DNA of 64,000 nt, taken from NCBI GenBank assembly GCA_026712905.1, contig JAPOPM010000077.1, positions 1,413 through 65,412 of the forward strand, written 5' to 3'. The stretch's first letter is position 1; each line of letters starts with the position of its first letter. A program made the position numbers and the translations under genes. Below, piece after piece: positions 57,110 through 64,000 of the stretch. The DNA comes from Deltaproteobacteria bacterium. GTDB lineage: Bacteria; Desulfobacterota; Binatia; UBA9968; JAJDTQ01. Under the pieces are notes generated by a model. It made no database searches. It worked only from the letters and a program-made list of their open reading frames with translations, and was not told where the DNA came from.

Positions 57110-58183
57110 CTACGGCGAGTAGGTCTTCCCCTTGCGATCCGTGACGAACAGCTCGGAAGGAAGTTCGACGCCGATGCCCTGCTTGCGGGCGGCTTCGTAG
57201 AGGATGCGGGCGGTGGCGGCGAACTGGATGCCCATGCCGGTGTTGTTCTTGAAGACGATGATCTCGTCGTCGTTCTCGCGGCCGCGGCACTGGCCGGTCA
57301 GCAGCTCGCCGAGTTCGTGAAGGTCCTCTTCCTTGATGAGGCCACGCTCGATGCGGGGGAACAACTCGGCCTGCTTGTCGAGGAAGACCTGCCTGCGAAA
57401 GCCCACGACGATGAGATCGGCGCGCTCGATCACGGCGTCGTCCAACTCGTGGCGGGCGAGGTAGCTGTCGCCGCCCACGATGCTGTTGACGAAGGCGCCC
57501 TTGTCCAGCCACTCGCCGTTGATGACCGGGTCCACGGTGTTGGTGGCGGCGGTGACGATGTCGCTGCCGCGCACCGCTTCTTCGGCCGAGTGCACCGGCA
57601 CGATCTCGACCCCCGCCTTCTCCGTCATCTCCTCGGCAAACCGTTCCCGGTTGGCCCGGGTGGGGCTGAACACCTTGACCTTGTCGAGCTGGCGCACGGC
57701 GCACGTGGCTAGGAGCTGGGTCTTGGCCTGTTCGCCCGAGCCCACGAGACCCATGACCCGGGCGTCCTTGCGCGCCAGGTGTTTGGCCGCCACGCCGCTG
57801 GTGGCGCCCACGCGGAAGATGGAGATGTAGTGGTCGTCCATGATGGACAACAGCGAGCAGTCTTCCATGTCGAACAGGAAGACGAGGCCCACGTAGTCCC
57901 CGGGGTAGATCCGCCGCTTGGTGCCGGCCACCTCCTCCTCGTCGGAGAAGGTCGAATCGATGCGGAGCCCCATGGACTTCATTCCCGGCACGAGCCCCAT
58001 GATGTTGTTGAAGTAGTACTGGAAGCCGGGCTTCTTACCGGGAGCCTGGACCCGAATCCGCGCGCGGGGTGAGTTGACCGCGGCGCCCTCGCCCATCTCC
58101 CGATATGCCTGCTCGATGGCGTCGATCTCGTCCGCCATCGGCACCAAGTCTTCGAGTTGTTCATTTTTGAGGACTAGAACCAT
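57110..58183 (-). CDS. ornithine cyclodeaminase / mu-crystallin family protein
   Basis: Start MVLVLKNEQ with a GGAGGA SD. Rossmann GLVGSG block and OCD family C-terminus. Confidence 0.8.
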   Translation of the reverse strand: MVLVLKNEQLEDLVPMADEIDAIEQAYREMGEGAAVNSPRARIRVQAPGKKPGFQYYFNNIMGLVPGMKSMGLRIDSTFSDEEEVAGTKRRIYPGDYVGLVFLFDMEDCSLLSIMDDHYISIFRVGATSGVAAKHLARKDARVMGLVGSGEQAKTQLLATCAVRQLDKVKVFSPTRANRERFAEEMTEKAGVEIVPVHSAEEAVRGSDIVTAATNTVDPVINGEWLDKGAFVNSIVGGDSYLARHELDDAVIERADLIVVGFRRQVFLDKQAELFPRIERGLIKEEDLHELGELLTGQCRGRENDDEIIVFKNNTGMGIQFAATARILYEAARKQGIGVELPSELFVTDRKGKTYSP

Positions 58184-58224
58184 TCTTCTCCTCCGGAAGT
58201 CTCGGCTGAACCGTTTCTGTCTCC

Positions 58225-58460
58225 ACCCCTCCTGGATTCCCGCTTCCCAGGCTGTGTCAAGACTGATGAGGCAGAGCCCCATCGAGTCGTCATTCCCGCG
58301 GAAGCGGGAATCCAGGGGCGGTGGTGGGGCATTACAGGGGCGTTCCTCCGTCTCGCCACCCCTGGATTCCCGCTTCCGCGGGAATGACGACTCGGGGGTT
58401 GGTGCCCATTCTTGTCCGGGCGACGTTTTGCCACGGCCGCTTCCGCGGGAATGACGTTTT
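58225..58460. repeat. cluster of 4 REP-like elements (GTCATTCCCGCGGAAGCGGGAATCCAGG family) in alternating orientation
   Basis: Copies near 58231, 58289, 58361 and 58431. Each contains the hairpin ATTCCCGC-GGAA-GCGGGAAT. Read as protein they give SFPRKRESRGG / LDSRFRGNDD, which explains the spurious small ORFs. Confidence 0.8.
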
Positions 58461-58480
58461 CTTGAAACGTCGGCGCAAAC

Positions 58481-60874
58481 TCAGCCGTCGGCCGGCCGTA
58501 CCCTGCAGAGGGACGACCGGTGCGGCAGCGAGCCGCTGATGGGGTCGCGGTGCTCCGCGTCCACGAGCCCGTTGGGGTTGGCACCGAGCTCGCTGAAGGG
58601 ATCGTGGCCCGGAAGCTCCAATTCCCGGCAGGGCTGCCACCAGCCGTGCTGCAGGCACACCACCCCCGGAATGATCCGCGCGGTCAGGTTCGCCCGCACC
58701 TTGACCGCGCCCTTCGGGCTCTCCACCACCATCCATTGCTTGTGCTCGACGCCGTGCTTTTCTGCCGTATCCGGGTGGAGCTCGGCGCTTGGCTCCGGCG
58801 CCGCTTTGCGCAGGCTCGGCAGCGTCCGGTGCTGGCTGTGGACGAACGTCGTGAACTTGGCGTTGGTGAGGACCAGTGGATACTCGGCGGCGACGTCCGG
58901 CCTGCTCGTGGGGCTCACCGCCGGCTCCTGGTATTCCGGCAGCGGCGGGAACCCGTGCCGCGCCATGCGGTGCGAGTAGATCTCCACCCTGCCGGACGGA
59001 TTGTTGAAGCCCTTCGGGCGGCCCTCTCCGTCGGCATCCGCGTATTTCCGGTACCGCCGGGGGCTCTCCAGGGTCACGCCGCCCGGGTGCGCCTTGAGTT
59101 CCCCCAGGGTCATGCCGGTGGGCTCGAGCTGGTAGGCAAAGGCCGCCTCCACGTCGCCGCCCCAGAAATCGTCGGCGAAGCCCATGCGCTTGGCCAGCTC
59201 GAACACCACCCGGGTGTCCGAGCGCCGCTCCGCCAGGGGCTCCACGGCCTTCGGCCGGTACTGGACGTGGGTGCGGGCATCCACGCGGTGGCGGAACCCG
59301 CCGCAGAGGTGATCCATCTCCAGGAAGCTCGTGGCCGGCAGCACGTAGTCGCAGAGCTGGGCCGTGGGCGTCATGAACAACTCGGTGGCCACCCCCAGAT
59401 CCAGGGCGCTCAAGGCGTCCCGACCGCGTGCCGGGTCTCCGTTGGAAAGCACGGTGTTGGAGCCCAGGTTGATCAAGGCCCGGACCGGATACGGTCTGTC
59501 CTCGAGGATGGCGGTGTAGACGTCGTGGGCGGCGCACGCGCCCACGGTTGCCGGCGGACCCAGCGGTTTCTCGTCGCGGCCGATACGCTTGGCCGCGGCC
59601 TCGGCGGGGAGGAACTCCTTGCCGTCCAGCCCGCGAAGCGGCGCCATGGGCAGCATCAGGTTACCCCCGGGCGCGTCGATGTCACCCAGCAACGCGTAGA
59701 GGATGGAAACGGCCCGGCTGGTCTGGCTCGCGTTGGTATGCTGTCCGATGCCGTTCCACATGAACATGCTCACCGGCCGGCTATCGCCGAGGACGCGGGC
59801 CGCCTCGCGGACCTTCTCCGCGGGGACCCGGGTGACGCCCTCGGACCGTTCCGGCGCGTGGGTCGACGCGAGCCGCGCCAGGGCGGCGAACGCCGGCTCG
59901 CACGAATGCGTGGCGCCGTCCCGACCGGTCACGCTGAAGGTTCCCGACAGCGCCGGACGCACGTTGTCTTCCGTAGCCACCGGAGACCTCGGATCGCAGG
60001 CCGCCGCCCGCTCCGACGTCTCGTCCCAGATCATGTAGCGGTCCGGGCTGCCTCCGGCCGCCACGTCCGCCTCGGTCAAAGCCTCTCCGGTGTCCGTGCG
60101 CAGCAGGAACGGGCCGTTCGTCCAGTCGCGCACGAAGGCCTCGTCGTACCGTCCCTCCTCGATCATGACGTGGACGAGGGCCAGGGCCAGCGCCCCGTCG
60201 GCGCCCGGGCGCACCTGCAGCAGGACATCCGCCTGGCTGCCGAGGCCGACCCGGCGCGGATCCACCACGACGATCTTCATGCCGCGCTTGCGCGCGGTGA
60301 CGACGTCCTGGGCCAGCATCAATTGCGTGGAACTCGGGTTGTGGCCCCACAGGAGAAAGGCGCCGCTGTGAAGCACGTCCGGCGACGGCTGCGGCACGCC
60401 GAACGTGTAACTGAACACGGTATCCTTGTGCCAGTTGCAGACGTGGGTGGTGGAGAGAGCGTTGGGACTGCCGATGCGGTTGAGCAGGCGCGTGGACCAT
60501 TGGCTCACGTCGTCCACCGAGGTGCCGCTGGCGGTGCCCCGGGCCATGACGATGGCCTCGGCGCCGTAGCGCTCGCGAATGTTCAGCAGGCGCGCCGCGA
60601 TGTCGTCCAGGGCCTCGTCCCAGCTCACGCGCTGCCAGCCCGGATCCGCCGCTCCCTTGGGGTTGGTGCGCCGCAAGGGATAGTCCAGGCGCTCCCCGTT
60701 GTAGACCAACTCCGGGGCGGCCTTGCCCTTGACGCAGATGGCGCCGCCGTTGGGATGGTCGTAGTCGGGGTCGAGACGCGTCACGCGTCCGTCCTCCACC
60801 GTGGCGACGGTGGCGCAGTGGGCGGTGCACAGCACACAATAGCCCCGGACCTTCTCGATTTGTGGTTCCGTCAC
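58481..60874 (-). CDS. molybdopterin-dependent oxidoreductase (DMSO-reductase/formate-dehydrogenase superfamily catalytic subunit) with N-terminal 4Fe-4S motif
   Basis: GTG start 5 nt after AGGAG (VTEPQIEKVRGYCVLCTAHC = C-x2-C-x3-C). Molybdopterin oxidoreductase and molydop-binding domains. Confidence 0.75.
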   Translation of the reverse strand: MTEPQIEKVRGYCVLCTAHCATVATVEDGRVTRLDPDYDHPNGGAICVKGKAAPELVYNGERLDYPLRRTNPKGAADPGWQRVSWDEALDDIAARLLNIRERYGAEAIVMARGTASGTSVDDVSQWSTRLLNRIGSPNALSTTHVCNWHKDTVFSYTFGVPQPSPDVLHSGAFLLWGHNPSSTQLMLAQDVVTARKRGMKIVVVDPRRVGLGSQADVLLQVRPGADGALALALVHVMIEEGRYDEAFVRDWTNGPFLLRTDTGEALTEADVAAGGSPDRYMIWDETSERAAACDPRSPVATEDNVRPALSGTFSVTGRDGATHSCEPAFAALARLASTHAPERSEGVTRVPAEKVREAARVLGDSRPVSMFMWNGIGQHTNASQTSRAVSILYALLGDIDAPGGNLMLPMAPLRGLDGKEFLPAEAAAKRIGRDEKPLGPPATVGACAAHDVYTAILEDRPYPVRALINLGSNTVLSNGDPARGRDALSALDLGVATELFMTPTAQLCDYVLPATSFLEMDHLCGGFRHRVDARTHVQYRPKAVEPLAERRSDTRVVFELAKRMGFADDFWGGDVEAAFAYQLEPTGMTLGELKAHPGGVTLESPRRYRKYADADGEGRPKGFNNPSGRVEIYSHRMARHGFPPLPEYQEPAVSPTSRPDVAAEYPLVLTNAKFTTFVHSQHRTLPSLRKAAPEPSAELHPDTAEKHGVEHKQWMVVESPKGAVKVRANLTARIIPGVVCLQHGWWQPCRELELPGHDPFSELGANPNGLVDAEHRDPISGSLPHRSSLCRVRPADG

Positions 60875-60882
60875 GCCAACTC

Positions 60883-60901
60883 CTAGTGTCGTGTCCACTA
60901 G
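60883..60901. repeat. CTAGTG-tcgtgtc-CACTAG palindrome between the FAD-protein stop and the Mo-enzyme start
   Basis: Shares the 14-mer CTAGTGTCGTGTCC with the MITE-like element at 4874. The stop TAG of the upstream gene is inside the palindrome. Confidence 0.6.
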
Positions 60902-62373
60902 TCCCGGTTGGGAATGCCGACGAACCCGTCGCCCCAGCCCGCCTCCTGCGCCGCCCAGCCACCGGCCACCCGGCCGCTGAAGATGGACGGCCCGAGCATG
61001 GTCCCCTCCAGGCCCGCGCGGCCGTTGATGTGGCCGCCCGCCATGCCCGCCACCTCGCCGGCGGCGTAAAGGCCCGGAATCGGCTCGAAGTGCTTGTTCA
61101 GCGCGCGGCAGCGGATGTCGGTCTTGACCCCGCCGAAGTTCTTGCGCGCCAGCGGGAAGATCTGGATCGCGTAGTACGGCGCCGTGTCGAACTTCTTGGA
61201 GAGCTTGAGCGGCTTGCCGAACTCCGGCTCCTTGTCGAGCCCCTGCTCGCACGCCTGGTTGTAGCGCTCCACGTTGTCGAGGAAGGTGGGAACGTCCACC
61301 TCCATGCGCCGGGCCAATTCCTCCAGGGAGTCCGCCTTCTTGATGAACGGCGAGTTGTCCAGCAACCCCTGCACCTTGTCCCGGTCCACCTTGTCGCCGG
61401 CGCGGTAATAGGGGTCGGCGATCTCCAGCTTGGCGGTCATGGGCGTGTCCACCACCGCCCAGGCGTGCCGCGGCTCCTGGGCCATGAGCGCGGGCGTCGC
61501 CGAGTTGCCGCCCGACAACGCCTCGTTGTGGAAGCGCCGGCCCTGCTGGTTGATCCAAATGTAGCCGGGCGCCTGTCGGAAGACCAGGCCGCGCCGCTCA
61601 CCGGGATCGCGATAGTCCGGCGTGGCGTAGACATAGAACCAGATGTGGTCCATGTGGGTGAGGTAGCCGCCCGCCTGCCGCACCAGCCGGTGGCCGGTTC
61701 CTGTGGAGCCCCGGCCCGAGCCCTCCATGACCCGCTCGCCCTTGAGCCTGGGGTTGGCCTCCAGCACCATGTCGATGTTGGAGTTGAACCCGCCGGTGGC
61801 CACCACCACCACCTTGCTGTCCACGCGCACCTCGTCGCCCGTCGACGCGTCCTTGCCCACGAAGCCGGTGACCCGGCCGTTGTCGCGCTTGAGCTCGACG
61901 ATCTCGGTGTTGGACACGATCTCGCCGCCGCGTTCGCGAAAGGCCTGGATGAGATGCGTCATCAGGCCCAGGCCGCTGCTCTCGGCCCGGGTCCAGCGCA
62001 ACACCGTGTTGCCTTCCTGCTGCTTCATGTCCACCCACTTGACGCCCATGCGCTCGGCCCAAAAGTAGAGGTCATGAAGCGAATGCTCGATGTAGTAGCG
62101 CGCCCACACCTCGTCGGCCGAGGGCCCGCCCCACTTGATCCAGTCGTTGAAGGCCAGGTCCGGCGTGTCGATGATGCCGTTGGCCTTCTGGATCGGCGTA
62201 CCCACGATGAGGCAGCCGCCGCCGGAGATGATGGCGGCGCCGCCCAGGTCCGCCGCCTTCTCGAAGGCGATGGCGCTGGCGCCGGCGTCCCGGGCCTCGA
62301 TGCCCGCGGCCATCCCGGCCCCACCGGACCCGATGATGGCGACATCCGTGGAGAAATGCTTGGTCTGTGACAT
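60898..62373 (-). CDS. FAD-dependent oxidoreductase (FAD_binding_2; fumarate-reductase/KstD-like flavoprotein)
   Basis: N-terminal DVAIIGSGGAGMAAG dinucleotide fold. Flavoprotein family blocks throughout. Confidence 0.8.
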   Translation of the reverse strand: MSQTKHFSTDVAIIGSGGAGMAAGIEARDAGASAIAFEKAADLGGAAIISGGGCLIVGTPIQKANGIIDTPDLAFNDWIKWGGPSADEVWARYYIEHSLHDLYFWAERMGVKWVDMKQQEGNTVLRWTRAESSGLGLMTHLIQAFRERGGEIVSNTEIVELKRDNGRVTGFVGKDASTGDEVRVDSKVVVVATGGFNSNIDMVLEANPRLKGERVMEGSGRGSTGTGHRLVRQAGGYLTHMDHIWFYVYATPDYRDPGERRGLVFRQAPGYIWINQQGRRFHNEALSGGNSATPALMAQEPRHAWAVVDTPMTAKLEIADPYYRAGDKVDRDKVQGLLDNSPFIKKADSLEELARRMEVDVPTFLDNVERYNQACEQGLDKEPEFGKPLKLSKKFDTAPYYAIQIFPLARKNFGGVKTDIRCRALNKHFEPIPGLYAAGEVAGMAGGHINGRAGLEGTMLGPSIFSGRVAGGWAAQEAGWGDGFVGIPNRD

Positions 62374-62515
62374 GCTGCTCGGCCTCCCTGAACGCGATTG
62401 GGGATGAACGCGTCTATGCCCTCAAAGGATGCAGGGTGCGTGGGCGCGGACCCCGGTCTCTCAATGAAATAGACCGGTTAACGTACTCCGTCGCGCGGTG
62501 GGCGGTCAAGCCACG

Positions 62516-63202
62516 TCACAGAAGTCCCTCCCGGTTGAAGCTGAAGAAGCGGTCGTGCCCCACCACCACGTGATCGTGCACACGCACGCCAAGCACCTCG
62601 CCCACCTGGCGGAGACGGTGCGTGATCTCCACGTCTTCCCGGCTCGGAGAGGGATCGCCGCTGGGATGGTTGTGGACGAAGATGACCCCGGCGGCGGATT
62701 CCCGGATCACCGGGTTGTACACCTCCCGCGGGTGCACGACGGAGGCGGTCAGCGAACCCTCGGAGATCTTCACCTCGCGGATCTTGCGGTTCCGGTTGTT
62801 GAGCATGACGACGTAGAACGATTCGCGCTTGGCGTTGATGCACCGGGGCCGGAAGTGGCGGAACACCTCCTCCGGCGAGCTGAGCAACTGCCCCGTCTCG
62901 CAGCGCAGGTCCTCGCGCCGGCGTCCCAGTTCCAGGCATGCCTTGAGACGCGCCGCCTTGGCGTGCCCCATGCCCTTGACACCGGTGAGCTCGGCGACGG
63001 AGGCATCGTCGATGCCTTGAAGTCCGCCGAAATGCATCAACAGGAGCCGGGCATGATCCAGGGCGCTCTGCTGCTCCCCGGCGCTACCGGTGCCCAGCAG
63101 GATCGCGAGCAGTTCCGCCTCCGTCAGATGCTCCGCGCCCCGTTCGAGCAGCTTCTCCCGCGGACGGTCTTCCAGCGGCCATTGGTTGATTCGCGTCATC
63201 AT
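62516..63202 (-). CDS. radC: RadC-like JAB/MPN-domain protein
   Basis: Start MMTRINQW. HhH N-region and JAMM motif (HNHPSGDPSPSREDVEIT). The upstream track extension is translated REP repeat. Confidence 0.8.
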   Translation of the reverse strand: MMTRINQWPLEDRPREKLLERGAEHLTEAELLAILLGTGSAGEQQSALDHARLLLMHFGGLQGIDDASVAELTGVKGMGHAKAARLKACLELGRRREDLRCETGQLLSSPEEVFRHFRPRCINAKRESFYVVMLNNRNRKIREVKISEGSLTASVVHPREVYNPVIRESAAGVIFVHNHPSGDPSPSREDVEITHRLRQVGEVLGVRVHDHVVVGHDRFFSFNREGLL

Positions 63203-63339
63203 GAACCCCGGGTTGACGAACCATGACGGACACCCGTCCGGGGCCGGCAATCCCGGCGGACGGGCGCACGGGTACCCGCGCTCATGAGATAGTTCGGCGC
63301 TTTTGGTGGGAACTTTAGGAGGAGACACCGCCCGATACC

Positions 63340-63580
63340 TCGAGTCGTCATTCCCGCGGAAGCGGGAATCCAGGTGGGGTGCGGGGGAAATTCGCCGGTC
63401 CGACCCCTCTCCACCCCTGGATTCCCGCTTCCGCGGGAATGACGGTTCGGGGCGTGGTATCATGTTCGTCGCCGAGCGGAGTTCTGACACGGCTGTTTCG
63501 CGGGGATGACGTTCCGTGACGTGGTTGCGTCGGGAGTTCTGACGCCGGCTGTTCCGCGGGAATGACGAGGGGTTGGCGGG
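63340..63580. repeat. cluster of REP-like elements (same ATTCCCGC-GGAA-GCGGGAAT family plus degenerate half-copies)
   Basis: Forward copy at 63345-63374, inverted copy at 63414-63445, degenerate half-copies near 63490 and 63550 (GACACGGCTGTTTCGCGGGGATGACG). Confidence 0.75.
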
Positions 63581-63595
63581 ACGGCGGGAGGCGCT

Positions 63596-64000
63596 CTATG
63601 GCCTCTCGAAGGTGCCGCTTTTGCCGCCGCTCTTGTGCATGAGGCGGATCTCGCCGACGGTCATTTCCCGGTCCACCGCCTTGCACATGTCGTAGATGGT
63701 GAGCCCCGCCACCGAGACCGCGGTGAGCGCCTCCATCTCCACCCCGGTCTTGCCGGAGATGCGGACGCTGGCCTCGATCTCCACGGACGGCGGCTCCTGG
63801 CGAGGGTTCAGCTTGACCTCCACTCCGCTGATGTTGAGGGGATGGCACATGGGAATCAGTTCGGACGTCTTCTTGGCGGCCATGATCCCGGCGATGCGCG
63901 CCACGGTGAGCACGTCGCCCTTGGGGATCTGCCCCTCGGCGATGGCCGCCAGTGTCTCCGCTCGCATGCTCACCACGCCGTGGGCCACCGCCACGCGCTG
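63596..64000 (-). CDS. moaC: cyclic pyranopterin monophosphate synthase MoaC (N-terminus beyond window edge)
   Basis: Conserved MoaC blocks ([26 protein letters not shown]...). ORF is open to the window end. Confidence 0.8.
   Translation of the reverse strand, partial: QRVAVAHGVVSMRAETLAAIAEGQIPKGDVLTVARIAGIMAAKKTSELIPMCHPLNISGVEVKLNPRQEPPSVEIEASVRISGKTGVEMEALTAVSVAGLTIYDMCKAVDREMTVGEIRLMHKSGGKSGTFERP

Noticed and set aside
58225-58460. Possible CRISPR array
   Set aside because: Repeats alternate in orientation, are palindromic REP-like units with irregular spacing (about 30-75 bp) and degenerate half-copies. No cas genes are present. This is not a CRISPR.
58174-58584. Small ORFs containing SFPRKRESRGG / LDSRFRGNDD / HPWIPASAGMTTRG peptides (58174..58584, 58321..58539, 63199..63414, 63303..63509, N-terminal extension of 62516..63490)
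   Set aside because: These peptides are simply the REP-like repeat ATTCCCGCGGAAGCGGGAAT read in different frames. Their recurrence reflects DNA repeats, not a protein family.

Overview
This is a high-GC (roughly 68-70% by eye) bacterial chromosomal window. Most of it is densely packed housekeeping genes, and calls rest on reading the six-frame translations for family-defining motifs; I could not run any database search. Recognisable genes include an M20 peptidase, a ParE/Phd toxin-antitoxin pair, proC, dksA-lolA-ftsK, RNase J, plsC, hemH, a D-aminoacylase, an XDH-family molybdoenzyme subunit, nadK-recN, tRNA-Ala(GGC), a circularly-permuted ATP-grasp / alpha-E / transglutaminase triad, glnA-amt, a histidine kinase / binding-protein / REC-PP2C / STAS / RsbW-like signalling cassette, rpe-tal-tkt, a double-length thyX, four tandem MFS transporters, a FAD-flavoprotein plus molybdopterin-oxidoreductase pair, radC and moaC. 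The stretch that most looks like an accessory or acquired system is 52.2-57.1 kb, which reads visibly lower in GC. It starts with a strongly ribosome-binding-site-driven ORF whose core carries about 12 cysteines alternating with Gly/Ser/Thr (CGCGCGDGGCGSCGCSCTCSCSCSCSC); its antisense frame is His-rich. That ORF is followed on the same strand by a small membrane protein and a secreted S9 prolyl-oligopeptidase-family peptidase, then a rearranged region in which a Sel1-repeat gene sits between a 433-bp 3' duplicate and the intact copy of an ornithine-cyclodeaminase gene. Two short palindromic repeat families are also present: an ATTCCCGC-GGAA-GCGGGAAT hairpin clustered at three intergenic sites, and CTAGTGTCGTGTCC-type palindromes lying exactly on stop/start codons of adjacent cistrons, one as a 163-bp MITE-like element. 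The many long antisense ORFs in the supplied track are artefacts of the high GC content.
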